Positions 1-8,778 of a stretch of 25,923 bases of DNA are shown in pieces. A model generated the notes under the pieces. The model ran no database searches, had not been told where the DNA came from, and saw nothing but the letters and a program-made list of their open reading frames with translations. The first letter of the stretch is position 1. Each line of letters opens with the position of its first letter. The stretch comes from Nitrososphaerota archaeon (lineage in GTDB: Archaea; Thermoproteota; Nitrososphaeria_A; Caldarchaeales; Calditenuaceae), in NCBI GenBank assembly GCA_038741355.1, contig JAVYLC010000003.1:6616-32538 (forward strand), in the 5' to 3' direction. Both the position numbers and the translations under genes were made by a program.

Positions 1-5
1 GAAAT

Positions 6-99
6 TGGGGCCGGTGGGAATTGAACCCACGACCTCCGCCGTCTCCCCCTACGACCACCGCCGTGTGAGGGCGGCGTCATACCGCTAGACCACGGCCCC
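6..99 (-). tRNA. tRNA-Val (anticodon CAC), intron-containing, no encoded CCA
   Basis: The reverse complement reads GGGGCCG-TG-GTCT-AGCGGTA-TGAC-G-CCGCC-CTCACA[22-nt insert]C-GGCGG-AGGTC-GTGGG-TTCAATT-CCCAC-CGGCCCC-A. This gives a 7-bp acceptor stem, a D arm, a 5-bp anticodon stem with loop CU-CAC-AC, a 5-nt variable loop and a T arm with TTCAATT loop. It is 94 nt in the genome and 72 nt after removing the insert. AATTTC, not CCA, follows the discriminator A. Confidence 0.85.
42..63 (-). other. tRNA intron (22 nt) at canonical position 37/38; boundaries can shift by up to 6 nt
   Basis: The insert CGGCGGTGGTCGTAGGGGGAGA lies between A37 and C38. CGGCGG is repeated at the insert start and at the start of exon 2, so any cut pair within that repeat gives the same mature tRNA. 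I could not draw a clean bulge-helix-bulge by eye. Confidence 0.6.
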
Positions 100-397
100 A
101 CTCCTCAGAACCGTATACCCGTGCTGTAACAAATACGTATAAACTTTTTAATGCTCCGGGTTCTTTTGAAAAGATTGTCTCTCAGATGAAGCCCTCCATA
201 ACTCTTCTGGGTGTTTAGGACGTCAAGCCAGACAGAGCCCATCCCACAGATTAGAACCATCTACCAGTACAGTAATTAATCCTCTGGAAGGAAAAACAAA
301 GGGAGAGGTTGGCTGGAGGCAACCAACTAGAACAACATCTAAGAAGACCCTTAGGAAAGGCCGACTAATAACCCTTATCTCCTCTATATCGAGGCTG

Positions 398-1762
398 CTA
401 TGCCGAGGGGCTGTGTAGGCCTACAGTGTGTATTCTTATTCCTGCTTCTATTAGTTGGCGCGTGTTTAGGATTCTTCTCCCATCGATGATTAGTGGATTT
501 CGCATAAGGGACTTCAAGGTGGAGGGGTCTATGGCTGCGTACTCGGACCATTCCGTGGCTATTATTGCCAGGTCTGCGCCATTTAGGCAATCTTCTACCC
601 TATGGCAGTAGGTGACGCTTCCGCCTAGGACCTGTCTGGCGTTGTCGAGCGCGGCTGGGTCATGGGCCCTCACCTCCGCCCCACGCGATAGGAGCTCGCG
701 GATTATCTCGAGGGAGGCCGCCTCCCTGACATCATCTGTTCTAGGCTTGAAAGCTAGGCCCAGCACCGCAACTCTCTTCCCCGAAAGCCCACCTAGCATC
801 GATTCGGCCTTCTCCACAACCCTTAGCCTCTGGGCCCGATTAATCCCGATTATCGCCTCGAAGAGAGATGCATCCAGACCGCGGCTTGCTGCAAACCATC
901 TCAAGGCGCGGAGGTCTTTCGGGAGGCAGCTTCCCCCAAAACCCAGCCCCGCCCTCAGGAATAAGGGGCCGATCCTTGGATCGAGCCCCAACCCCTCTGC
1001 TATGACTCCTACGTCTCCGTCTTCGGTTGCTTCGCAGATCTGTGAGATTAGGTTGATGAAGCTGATCTTGAGGGCTAGGTAGGCGTTGGTTGCGAGTTTT
1101 ATGAGTTCGGCGTTGGCTGGTGTTGTGACTAGGGTTGGGATTTTTGAGGGGTGGTAGAGGGCTTCGTAGAATTTTTTCAGTCTTTCCGCCGCCTCGCTGT
1201 GCTTTGCACCTATGATGATCCTGTCGGGATTCATGGTGTCTTGGAGTGCCGACCCCTCCCTCAGGAACTCAGGGTTTACGCATAGGTGGAATCCGTCTCC
1301 GCAGGACCTACCGCTAGCCTCTTCGATGATTGGTCTCACAACATGCCAGGTCGTCCCCGGGGGAACCGTGCTCTTAACTACTATGAGGGGTGTAGCGGCC
1401 CTGCTGGTAGACATGGCTTCTCCTACCTGTCTTGAGGCCTCCTTGACCTGTGTAAGATCGGGGGCGCCGTCGCTGCTAGTAGGCGTTCCAACAGTTATGA
1501 AGATCGTGTCAATCCTCTCCAGCATGTCTCCAACCTCGGTTCGAGCCTCCAGCATACCATCCCTTACAACGCGCTGAAGAAGCTCAGGGAGGCCCTGCTC
1601 ATGTATCGGGGACACACCCCTCATAATTTTCCCAGCCTTTACCTCGTTCTTCTCCACGCATATTGTTCTCACACCCTTCGAGGCTAGGAACACGCTGAGC
1701 GTCAGGCCCACGTATCCGGCGCCTATGACTCCGACCCCCCTGCCCAAATCGCCAGCTAACAT
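398..1762 (-). CDS. UDP-glucose/GDP-mannose 6-dehydrogenase family (nucleotide-sugar dehydrogenase)
   Basis: 454 aa. It has an N-terminal Rossmann motif VIGAGYVGL, the catalytic-Cys motif GFGGSCLPKD, and a C-terminal UDP-binding-type domain (GLAFKPRTDDVREA). Confidence 0.9.
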   Translation of the reverse strand: MLAGDLGRGVGVIGAGYVGLTLSVFLASKGVRTICVEKNEVKAGKIMRGVSPIHEQGLPELLQRVVRDGMLEARTEVGDMLERIDTIFITVGTPTSSDGAPDLTQVKEASRQVGEAMSTSRAATPLIVVKSTVPPGTTWHVVRPIIEEASGRSCGDGFHLCVNPEFLREGSALQDTMNPDRIIIGAKHSEAAERLKKFYEALYHPSKIPTLVTTPANAELIKLATNAYLALKISFINLISQICEATEDGDVGVIAEGLGLDPRIGPLFLRAGLGFGGSCLPKDLRALRWFAASRGLDASLFEAIIGINRAQRLRVVEKAESMLGGLSGKRVAVLGLAFKPRTDDVREAASLEIIRELLSRGAEVRAHDPAALDNARQVLGGSVTYCHRVEDCLNGADLAIIATEWSEYAAIDPSTLKSLMRNPLIIDGRRILNTRQLIEAGIRIHTVGLHSPSA

Positions 1763-1826
1763 GCCAATACTCCGGAATATGCTCCCTCTAGTTAGTTTTA
1801 GGGTTTGCTGGGAGGCGGATGTGGTC

Positions 1827-2693
1827 TTATCGCGTTGACCCTGATGTTGAGAGCCTGTATGAGAGCTGGAGAGCCTCCCAGTAGAGTTGTGGCGTGCCTA
1901 TATCCATCTTCAGATCATCCTCGAGCTTGATCGCGTCAACCCTATACCCCCACTCGATGAGGCGCTGTATCCCATCGGTTAGCTGAAGCTCGCCGCCAAC
2001 ACCACGCCCAACAGACCTGAGCGCCTTGAATATCGAGTTCCTGAAGATGTAAAGGGGGATAATCATTAGATTTGAGCGGGGCTCCTTGGGCTTCTCCTCA
2101 ACCTGCGTAACCCGTAAACCGCCGCCTATCTCGGAGACCTCTGCAACCCCATACTGTCGCGGGTCCTCAACCTCTTGCAGTAGAAGAACAGCCTCAGCAC
2201 CCTCAGACTCAAAGTGTCTATACATATGCCTGATGGCTTGCGCTCCGTTTACGAGGTAGGTGTCCCCCGCGTGGACGATGAACGGCGAGTTTCCCACGGT
2301 CTTCTCGCAGATCAGGACCGCGTGCCCAAATCCTAGGGGCTGGGGCTGGTTAACCCAGACTAGGACAGACTCGTTAACCCTCCTATAGAATTCCTCGAAA
2401 TCCCTCAGTAGAGAGTTCCTACTTCTCCTAATAATCTCGAGATAGCCTTGGTCTGGCGTGAAGTGGTCCTCCACCGCCCTCTTCCCCCTACCAACCACTA
2501 GTATGAACTCCCGGATGCCCACGTCGAAGAGCTGCTCAAAGATCAGCTGCACAATAGGCTTCACACAGAGCGATCCATTCTCGCTTCTAGCGAAGACTGG
2601 AAGCATCTCCTTCGGCTGCTCCTTAGTGGCTGGAAGCATCCTCGTACCCAAGCCTGCGAGAGGGAGAACGGCCTTGAGCTCCTCGATGCCCAT
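1827..2693 (-). CDS. galU: UTP--glucose-1-phosphate uridylyltransferase-like sugar-1-phosphate nucleotidyltransferase
   Basis: The N-terminal motif LPLAGLGTRMLPATKEQPKEMLPV is GalU-like (compare AGLGTRxLPATKxxPKEMLP). The ORF track starts at GTG 2708. I prefer ATG 2693 (MGIEEL...) because the A/T box CTTTAATACT on the minus strand (2722-2731) lies about 30 nt upstream. It is 64 nt upstream of the dehydrogenase gene on the same strand, so a likely operon. Confidence 0.85.
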   Translation of the reverse strand: MGIEELKAVLPLAGLGTRMLPATKEQPKEMLPVFARSENGSLCVKPIVQLIFEQLFDVGIREFILVVGRGKRAVEDHFTPDQGYLEIIRRSRNSLLRDFEEFYRRVNESVLVWVNQPQPLGFGHAVLICEKTVGNSPFIVHAGDTYLVNGAQAIRHMYRHFESEGAEAVLLLQEVEDPRQYGVAEVSEIGGGLRVTQVEEKPKEPRSNLMIIPLYIFRNSIFKALRSVGRGVGGELQLTDGIQRLIEWGYRVDAIKLEDDLKMDIGTPQLYWEALQLSYRLSTSGSTR

Positions 2694-2817
2694 GGGCTCG
2701 CCACACACAACTCCTACACCAGTATTAAAGCAGCGTCTAGCCCCTTAAGCCGGTCCAGTCAACAGCCCATACCAGCAGGTCTACCCCCCTCCCCCCACCA
2801 TACTTTCCTATTGACCG

Positions 2818-4431
2818 ATGATTTTTATCAAGGAAGCTGCCCGTAATCTTGGTGAGGGGTTGACTCATAGAGACGGCCGAGGCTCCACCGCCCGGGAGAA
2901 AGTGCTTATCCTTGACTTCGGAGGTCAATATACCCACCTTATAGCTAGGAGGTGTAGGGAGACTGGTGTTTACTCGGAGATAGTCCCCTTTAACATATCT
3001 CCTGAAGAGATAGGCCGTTATGGTAACGTTAAGGCGCTGATATTCTCGGGAGGTCCTAGGAGCGTCTACGAGGAGGGTGCACCACGTCCCGACAAGAGAG
3101 TGCTTAACATCGGCATACCCATATTGGGGATATGTTATGGCCACCAGCTCCTCGCCGAAGAGTTTGGAGGCAAAGTAGAGCGGGGCTCTAAGGCGGAGTA
3201 CGGGAGAGCCATAGTCAACGTGGTTGAAGACTCGGCGCTCTTCGCATCGCTTAATAGGCGTGTTGAGGTATGGATGAGCCACGGCGACGCCGTACTAGAA
3301 CCGCCGAAGAACTTCAGAGTGACAGCAATCTCCGAGGATGACCTTATCGCTGCCATGGAGAACGCGGAGAAGAGGCTGTACTCGGTGCAGTTTCACGTCG
3401 AGGTAAAACATACACCGCTTGGGAGGCAGATTCTCAAGAATTTCCTCAAGAACGTGGCCGGCTGCAGATGCGATTGGCGGCCAATAGATATGCTGGATGA
3501 GATGGTGAAGAGCGTCGCCGAGACTGTCGGGGAGGGTGAGAAGGTCATCTGCGGTGTCAGCGGAGGAGTAGACTCCATGACCACCGCAGCCATTATCCAG
3601 AGAGCAATAGGCGATAGACTCCATGTGATATTCATAGATCATGGGCTTCTCAGGAAGGGGGAGAGGGAACTTGTATTAGAGAGTTTGAAGCTTCTCCAGA
3701 TAAAAAATGTACACTTCATCGACGCGAGCATAGAATTCTTAATGGCCCTTCGAGGAGTAAAAGATCCCGAGGAGAAGAGGCGGATTATAGGGAGACTCTT
3801 TGTAGAGGTCTTCGAGAGGGCCGCATCCGATATAGAGGGGGCGAAGTATCTTGCACAGGGGACGATATATCCGGACAGAGTGGAGAGCGGGGCGACAGGC
3901 GCCCTGACAAGCCTCATCAAGAGCCACCACAACGTCGCCGGACTACCTGAGCGGCTCGGACTACAGCTCATAGAACCGCTAAAAGACCTCTACAAGGACG
4001 AGGTCAGAGAAGTCGCAAAGGCCCTAGGGCTGCCTGCCACCGTAATAGAGAGACACCCGTTCCCAGGCCCCGGCCTAGCAGTCAGGATTGAAGGGGAGGT
4101 GACGGAGGAGAAGCTGAGAATCTGCCGGGAAGCAGGCGCTATAGTAGAGGAGGAATTCCGTAGAGCCGGCCTATACGGCTCGGTTTGGCAGGCATTCGCT
4201 GTTGTGCTTGACTCGAAGTGGGTAGGTGTTAAGGGTGATGCCAGAAGTGTTGGCCATGTAGTTATCGTTAGGGCTGTGACGAGTGAGGATGGTATGACAG
4301 CAGACTGGTATCCTGTACCTAGCGAGCTGATGGACAGAATCTCGCGGCGAATAACAAACGAGGTGGGAGGTGTGGTGATGGTGGCCTATGCCCTAACCTC
4401 CAAGCCCCCAGCCACAATAGAGCCCTACTAG
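2818..4431 (+). CDS. guaA: GMP synthase (glutamine-hydrolysing), fused GATase + ATP-pyrophosphatase
   Basis: The N-terminus has VLILDFGGQYTHLIARRCRETGVY and the class I GATase Cys context GICYGHQ. The PP-loop is CGVSGGVDS, and the C-terminal dimerisation domain ends ...PPATIEPY. The start is uncertain: ATG 2818, or TTG 2860 preceded by GGTGA (2851-2855), or GTG 2899. Confidence 0.93.
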   Translation: MIFIKEAARNLGEGLTHRDGRGSTAREKVLILDFGGQYTHLIARRCRETGVYSEIVPFNISPEEIGRYGNVKALIFSGGPRSVYEEGAPRPDKRVLNIGIPILGICYGHQLLAEEFGGKVERGSKAEYGRAIVNVVEDSALFASLNRRVEVWMSHGDAVLEPPKNFRVTAISEDDLIAAMENAEKRLYSVQFHVEVKHTPLGRQILKNFLKNVAGCRCDWRPIDMLDEMVKSVAETVGEGEKVICGVSGGVDSMTTAAIIQRAIGDRLHVIFIDHGLLRKGERELVLESLKLLQIKNVHFIDASIEFLMALRGVKDPEEKRRIIGRLFVEVFERAASDIEGAKYLAQGTIYPDRVESGATGALTSLIKSHHNVAGLPERLGLQLIEPLKDLYKDEVREVAKALGLPATVIERHPFPGPGLAVRIEGEVTEEKLRICREAGAIVEEEFRRAGLYGSVWQAFAVVLDSKWVGVKGDARSVGHVVIVRAVTSEDGMTADWYPVPSELMDRISRRITNEVGGVVMVAYALTSKPPATIEPY

Positions 4432-4485
4432 TTGTGCTAGACTCAATCAGAGTTAAATTCTACTAGGTGACAGCTGGGTTAGAGT

Positions 4486-5247
4486 TTGCGGATAGCATAT
4501 ATTGTTGGGACCGCAGGGTCTGGGAAATCCTCGCTGACCGCGGCTTATGCGGAGTGGCTGAAGCAAAATGAGCAGAGCGTCGCAACTGTAAATCTTGACC
4601 CAGCCGCCACAGTCCTCCCCTACGAGCCAGAAGTAGACATTAGAGAATATGTCGACTATGAGCGAATGATGCTTACATACAATCTCGGCCCAAATGCTGC
4701 GCTCATAGCCTCGGTGAGAGAGGCCGTGAGGGAGATCGATACGCTCTGCTCAGAGATCATGGACCTCTCTGTTGATTATGTTCTGATCGACACGCCTGGG
4801 CAACTCGAGTTGTTCGCCTTCAGGAAGGAGGGCAGAGCTATTGTAAAGGCACTTAGAAGAGTCCCAAGTCTTATCATATATCTAATGGATCCCGTAGCGA
4901 GTCACACGACTAGGTTGTTCGCCTCCTCACTATTCCTCGCCACATCGGTTTATCTCTCACTCAATCTCCAATCAATTATCGCATTATCGAAGATCGACAT
5001 AGTCCCGAAGAGAATACTTAGACGAATCCGCAGGTGGATCTCTTCACAGGAAGCCCTCGAGGTTGATATAGAGTCTAGGAGTCAAGGGATGCAAATGCTT
5101 ATAACAAGGGATATTGTCCATATTTTGCACGACATTGGCAGAACATTTCCAGTTATTGCGGTGTCTTCTAAAACACTGGAAGGGTTGGGGGCACTTCATG
5201 GCGCCGTCACCAGAGCACTTAGCGAGGGTGAATATGAGCTCAGATAG
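4486..5247 (+). CDS. GPN-loop GTPase (PAB0955/Npa3-like)
   Basis: The motifs are P-loop GTAGSGKSS, the signature GPN in YNLGPNAAL, G3 DTPGQLE and a G4-like LSKID. The start codon is TTG. Confidence 0.9.
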   Translation: MRIAYIVGTAGSGKSSLTAAYAEWLKQNEQSVATVNLDPAATVLPYEPEVDIREYVDYERMMLTYNLGPNAALIASVREAVREIDTLCSEIMDLSVDYVLIDTPGQLELFAFRKEGRAIVKALRRVPSLIIYLMDPVASHTTRLFASSLFLATSVYLSLNLQSIIALSKIDIVPKRILRRIRRWISSQEALEVDIESRSQGMQMLITRDIVHILHDIGRTFPVIAVSSKTLEGLGALHGAVTRALSEGEYELR

Positions 5248-5256
5248 GTGGTTCCT

Positions 5257-6147
5257 ATGAGCATCGAGGACGAGATTTCGAGGGAGATCAGCGAGCTGAA
5301 AGACAAGATAAGCGAGCTAGACAGGAAGATTGAGGAGATAAACACAAAAATTAACAAAAGCGTCTCGGAGAGAGACAAAATCCACGACAGGATGAGAGAG
5401 ATAAGGGAGAAGGTAAAAAAGCTCAAGGAGGAGAGAGCATCGCTCGTTGAGGAGGGCAGAGTCTTAAGACGCGAGGTGAGAGAGCTGAGACAGAAGCTGC
5501 TTAACTATGTTATAGAGAAGAGGCAGCTGAGAGGTGAGCTGAAGAATCTGAGACTTTCTATGGATGTGAATAGGATAAAGAAGAGGCTCGATGAAATAGA
5601 CCTCTATCTAGCATCCCACAGGGTGAGTAGAGAGGAGGAGAGAAAACTCTTCGAGGAGGCTTCAAAGCTTGAGGCGATGCTCATAGACTATGAGAAAGCC
5701 CTAAAGATACATCTCTCACTAAACGAACTTTCACCCCAAATGGAGGAGGTTAGGAGAGATCTGGAGGAGAAGAGAAAGAGACTAGAGAGTGTGACGGCTA
5801 GGCTGAGCCAGATCTCGATGGAGATGGAAGCTCTAAACAATCTTTACGACAATCTGAAGAGTGAGGCGGATAGACACCACTCCAGCTACATCGAGGCTAG
5901 AGAGGAGAGGGATAGGCTTGAGGCCGAGAGAATATTAGCGGCATCGAGAATATACGAGCTTTACAGACTCCTCAGGGGTAAGAGGGAGGAGCTGCTAAAG
6001 AGGAGGATCAGCGAGGTCAAGGCTAAGAGAAAGAAGGAGGCCATCGAGAAACTGGAGAGAGGAGAGAAGCTAGAGTTTGAAGAGATGAAGATATTGCTGG
6101 AGGATGAAACCCTCTGGCAGCCAAATGGTGGAGCAAGCCAATCATAA
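5257..6147 (+). CDS. Archaeal coiled-coil protein (E/K/R/L-rich, COG1340-like by length and composition)
   Basis: 296 aa of heptad-like E/K/R/L sequence with no other motif. ATG 5257 is preceded by GGTGG (5247-5251), which overlaps the TAG stop of the GTPase gene. The ORF-track start is GTG 5248. Confidence 0.7.
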   Translation: MSIEDEISREISELKDKISELDRKIEEINTKINKSVSERDKIHDRMREIREKVKKLKEERASLVEEGRVLRREVRELRQKLLNYVIEKRQLRGELKNLRLSMDVNRIKKRLDEIDLYLASHRVSREEERKLFEEASKLEAMLIDYEKALKIHLSLNELSPQMEEVRRDLEEKRKRLESVTARLSQISMEMEALNNLYDNLKSEADRHHSSYIEAREERDRLEAERILAASRIYELYRLLRGKREELLKRRISEVKAKRKKEAIEKLERGEKLEFEEMKILLEDETLWQPNGGASQS

Positions 6148-6227
6148 ACAGTAGCGCCAGTTAAACCACAGAGAATGTTAAGACTCTTGGCTTAAACTTA
6201 TTTGATCCGAGCCTAGTATTGGAACCG

Positions 6228-6245
6228 TTAAAGGATCCTTTTTAA
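6228..6245. terminator. Palindrome TTAAAGGATCCTTTTTAA with a T5 run between convergent genes
   Basis: AAAGGATCCTTT is a perfect 12-nt palindrome. The T5 run at 6239-6243 lies downstream of the coiled-coil gene. Archaeal termination typically uses oligo-T. Confidence 0.3.
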
Positions 6246-6256
6246 GGGCGGAGGTT

Positions 6257-6598
6257 CTATAATTTAATGGGAGGCGACAATACCCAGATAACCCTACATG
6301 GCTTATCTCCGTCGTTTCTGACATAGTGTTTTGTCCCACGCGGGTTAAAGAACAGGTCTCCAGCCTTCAAAAGTGTCTCTCCAGACTCTGTCCCAAAAAC
6401 AATCTCCCCCTGCACAACATAGGACAGTTCATCGCTTGACTCGTGGAGACTGTAACCCTCGGCTGGAAGGCGCTGCCCAGGATTCACGACGACTATCCCA
6501 GCCATCATTAATTTGCTCATAGACTCGTTGACCAGAACCGAGACCTTCCCCGCAGAACTTGCCCAAACACTCTCACCAATTTGGAAGAGACGAGTCAC
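6257..6598 (-). CDS. Cupin-domain protein
   Basis: 113 aa with a cupin_2-like core: the first cupin motif is degenerate (LPAEGYSLHESSDELSYVVQGE), and the second is GDLFFNPRGTKHYVRNDG. The start is GTG, with the A/T box CGTATATATCA (6621-6631 on the minus strand) about 28 nt upstream. Confidence 0.8.
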   Translation of the reverse strand: MTRLFQIGESVWASSAGKVSVLVNESMSKLMMAGIVVVNPGQRLPAEGYSLHESSDELSYVVQGEIVFGTESGETLLKAGDLFFNPRGTKHYVRNDGDKPCRVIWVLSPPIKL

Positions 6599-6856
6599 GC
6601 GGCATAGTCCGGGCGGCCCATGATATATACGTTCAAGGCCAGGAGAGCAACTCTACAAGTTTCAGTTTCCAGCCTAGGCCGCCGGGTCTAACTTTGCCTT
6701 CTATGATTTTTGTTGGGTTCCTGGGGCGAGGGAAATGGCCAAGGCTTAGGTGGGCGCTTAAAGATTCCGCGGGGGAGACCTCTTTCCAGGCTTTATATAC
6801 GTCATGTCGGAGACCTTTTTAAATTTAAAGGGAGTATTGTATATAGCTGGGGTTGG

Positions 6857-7996
6857 ATGGCTGAGGAGTCAAAGGGGCCTCTCCTGATACTGGTGGTCGA
6901 TGAGGATGATGATGTAGGTGTTAAGGCTGGAGTCCAGTCCCCCATCATAGGACGTGAAAAAAACCTAGAAGCAGCCCTGAAGCTCGTCATGGCGGACCCC
7001 GAGGATGCCGATGCCAATGCGATGTTCGCCGCCATCAAAATACTTGACGATGAGTCAAGTAGGTGGCCTAACGGCGTTGAGATAGCTACTGTGACAGGAA
7101 AACATAATGGTGGACTTGAGTCAGACCTGAAGATCTCCCGGGAGATAGAAAGCATTATCAGGAAGCTGGGGGCTACCGAGTGTGTTGTAGTCTCAGACGG
7201 CCCACTCTCCCCATCACTCTCATCGATCATCACTTCTCGCATAAAGGTAGTCTCGTCCAGAACAGTAATTGTCAAGCAGAGCCAGACAATAGAGACCAGC
7301 TGGATACTATTCCTAAGATACCTCAGAATGCTTGTCTACGACACCTCCTATTCGAGAATAATTCTAGGAGTCCCGGGCGTACTACTATTGTTGATGGGGG
7401 CGCTTTATTTTTTCAATCTGCTCAGCCTACCACTTCTCCTCGTCTTCATAGGAATTGCGCTCCTGATTAGAGGATTCGGAATAGATGCGGCCTTCTCAGG
7501 CCTCATACGGAGGCTGGCTGAGATATCGAATAAACCTGGTATAGTTCAGTTACGGATCTTCACAGCGGTTGTCAGCTTGATTCTAATAATAGTGGCGTTT
7601 GTCGCGGGTTTTCAAGCGGCCTTAAACTATCTTCAATCTGCTTTAAGGGGTGGGCCGCTGAGTTTCGAGCAGGTGCTCCCATATATTGGGCCGTTCATAG
7701 GCGTGTTAATAGTCAATAGCATAGACTTGATAGCTATTGCGGCCTTCCTCAACACGGCCTATAACATATTCTACTACTATCAGTTGAAGAGCCCTCGGGT
7801 TTGGAGGCATGTTCAAGCCATGCTGATATTCTTCTTTCTCTGGATTATGATGAGGCTGCTCGGCACCTTCCTGACAACACAGGGCATTGTCTACCTCATA
7901 CAGCTTGTATTGGTCGCGTTGATAGGTTTCGCCTCGCTGCTAACCTCGATTACAATTATAAGAGCAGTTAGAGGCATTAGGGCGCCCAAGCAATGA
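6857..7996 (+). CDS. DUF373-family archaeal integral membrane protein
   Basis: The soluble N-terminus LILVVDEDDDVGVKAGVQSPIIGREKNLEAALKLVMADPEDADANAMFAA matches my memory of DUF373. It is followed by about 6 hydrophobic helices. I place the start at ATG 6857. The upstream 49 codons of the ORF-track call run through A/T-box-like sequence (6816-6830). Confidence 0.75.
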   Translation: MAEESKGPLLILVVDEDDDVGVKAGVQSPIIGREKNLEAALKLVMADPEDADANAMFAAIKILDDESSRWPNGVEIATVTGKHNGGLESDLKISREIESIIRKLGATECVVVSDGPLSPSLSSIITSRIKVVSSRTVIVKQSQTIETSWILFLRYLRMLVYDTSYSRIILGVPGVLLLLMGALYFFNLLSLPLLLVFIGIALLIRGFGIDAAFSGLIRRLAEISNKPGIVQLRIFTAVVSLILIIVAFVAGFQAALNYLQSALRGGPLSFEQVLPYIGPFIGVLIVNSIDLIAIAAFLNTAYNIFYYYQLKSPRVWRHVQAMLIFFFLWIMMRLLGTFLTTQGIVYLIQLVLVALIGFASLLTSITIIRAVRGIRAPKQ

Positions 7997-8778
7997 TTGA
8001 GAAGGTACTGAAGCTTTTTGGGGTGTATTCGCTTTATGAGAGATGGTTAGAGAGAATTGTGGGTAGCGGTGATATTCCCCAACACCTCGCAGTAATCTTA
8101 GACGGTAATAGGCGCTGGGCTAGGAGCGTAGGTATTCCACCCAGCAAGGCGTATAGGTTCGGCGCCGACAAGGTTGAGGAGCTTCTGAGGTGGTGCCTGA
8201 AGATTGGGATTAAAATTGTTACACTGTATGTCTTGTCTGTTGAGAATATAATGAGACGGCCTAGGGAAGAACTTGAGGAGATTTACAGGATTTTAGCGGA
8301 GAGGGCTGAGAGGTTTTTGAAGGATGAGACGGTCTGGAGGGAGAAGGTTAGGTTTAGGGTGATAGGTAGGCTGGATTATCTGCCGGGCGAGGTTGCTGAG
8401 AGTCTGAGAAGACTTGAGAGGGAGACGATGCATCACGATAGATTTCATTTGAATATTGCAGTCGCATACGGTGGGAGAGCCGAGATAGTTGATGCTGTAA
8501 GAAAGATCTGCGGCAAAGTTGCGGAGGGAGAGCTTCAGCCAGACCAAGTGGATGAGGAGATAATCGAGCGTAACCTATATACTAATGGGCTTCCAAAGCC
8601 TGACCCCGACCTAGTTATTAGGACATCGGGTGAGGAGAGGATAAGCAACTTTCTCCTCTGGCAGATAGCTTACAGCGAGCTAGTATTCCTAGATGTCTAC
8701 TGGCCCTCCTTTAGAAAGATAGACCTTCTACGCGCCATCAGGACCTATCAGCAGAGGACGCGCAGGTTCGGAGGCTAG
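7993..8778 (+). CDS. uppS: cis-prenyltransferase (undecaprenyl-diphosphate synthase family)
   Basis: It has HLAVILDGNRRWAR, IRTSGEERISNFLLWQIAYSE, and a C-terminal RXG motif (RRFGG). Its ATG overlaps the stop of the preceding gene (ATGA at 7993-7996). Confidence 0.93.
   Translation: MIEKVLKLFGVYSLYERWLERIVGSGDIPQHLAVILDGNRRWARSVGIPPSKAYRFGADKVEELLRWCLKIGIKIVTLYVLSVENIMRRPREELEEIYRILAERAERFLKDETVWREKVRFRVIGRLDYLPGEVAESLRRLERETMHHDRFHLNIAVAYGGRAEIVDAVRKICGKVAEGELQPDQVDEEIIERNLYTNGLPKPDPDLVIRTSGEERISNFLLWQIAYSELVFLDVYWPSFRKIDLLRAIRTYQQRTRRFGG

Noticed and set aside
6-99. Reading the extra 22 nt as a long variable arm (class II tRNA) rather than an intron
   Set aside because: The anticodon CAC is Val, a class I tRNA. 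The extra sequence forms at best a 3-bp stem. Removing it restores a standard 5-nt variable loop.
100-397. Integrated-element junction next to the tRNA gene (att-site repeat), or a hidden gene in the 298-bp spacer
   Set aside because: I found no second copy of the tRNA 3' half anywhere in the window, no integrase, and only ORFs of 12 aa or fewer. The ORF-track 384..590 (-) ORF lies antisense within and beside the dehydrogenase gene and looks spurious.
612-1577. ORFs 612..1082 and 1212..1577 (+), antisense to the nucleotide-sugar dehydrogenase gene
   Set aside because: These are shadow ORFs. Their low-complexity S/P/R/A-rich translations have no motifs, and the opposite strand carries a well-supported gene. 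The same applies to 426..611 (+), which overlaps the dehydrogenase 3' end.
2737-3971. Minus-strand ORFs 2737..3282, 3135..3356, 3295..3642, 3393..3635, 3639..3971 and 3739..3930 inside guaA
   Set aside because: They are antisense shadows of a strongly supported GMP synthase gene and carry no motifs.
5196-5426. Minus-strand 76-aa Ser/Leu-rich ORF opposite the start of the coiled-coil gene
   Set aside because: It is the complement of GAG/AAG-rich coding sequence, which is a typical low-complexity shadow.
6559-6856. ORF 6559..6822 (+) and the N-terminal 49 codons of ORF 6710..7996
   Set aside because: They run through the divergent promoter region and its A/T boxes, and their translations are low-complexity. 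The DUF373-like sequence begins only at ATG 6857.
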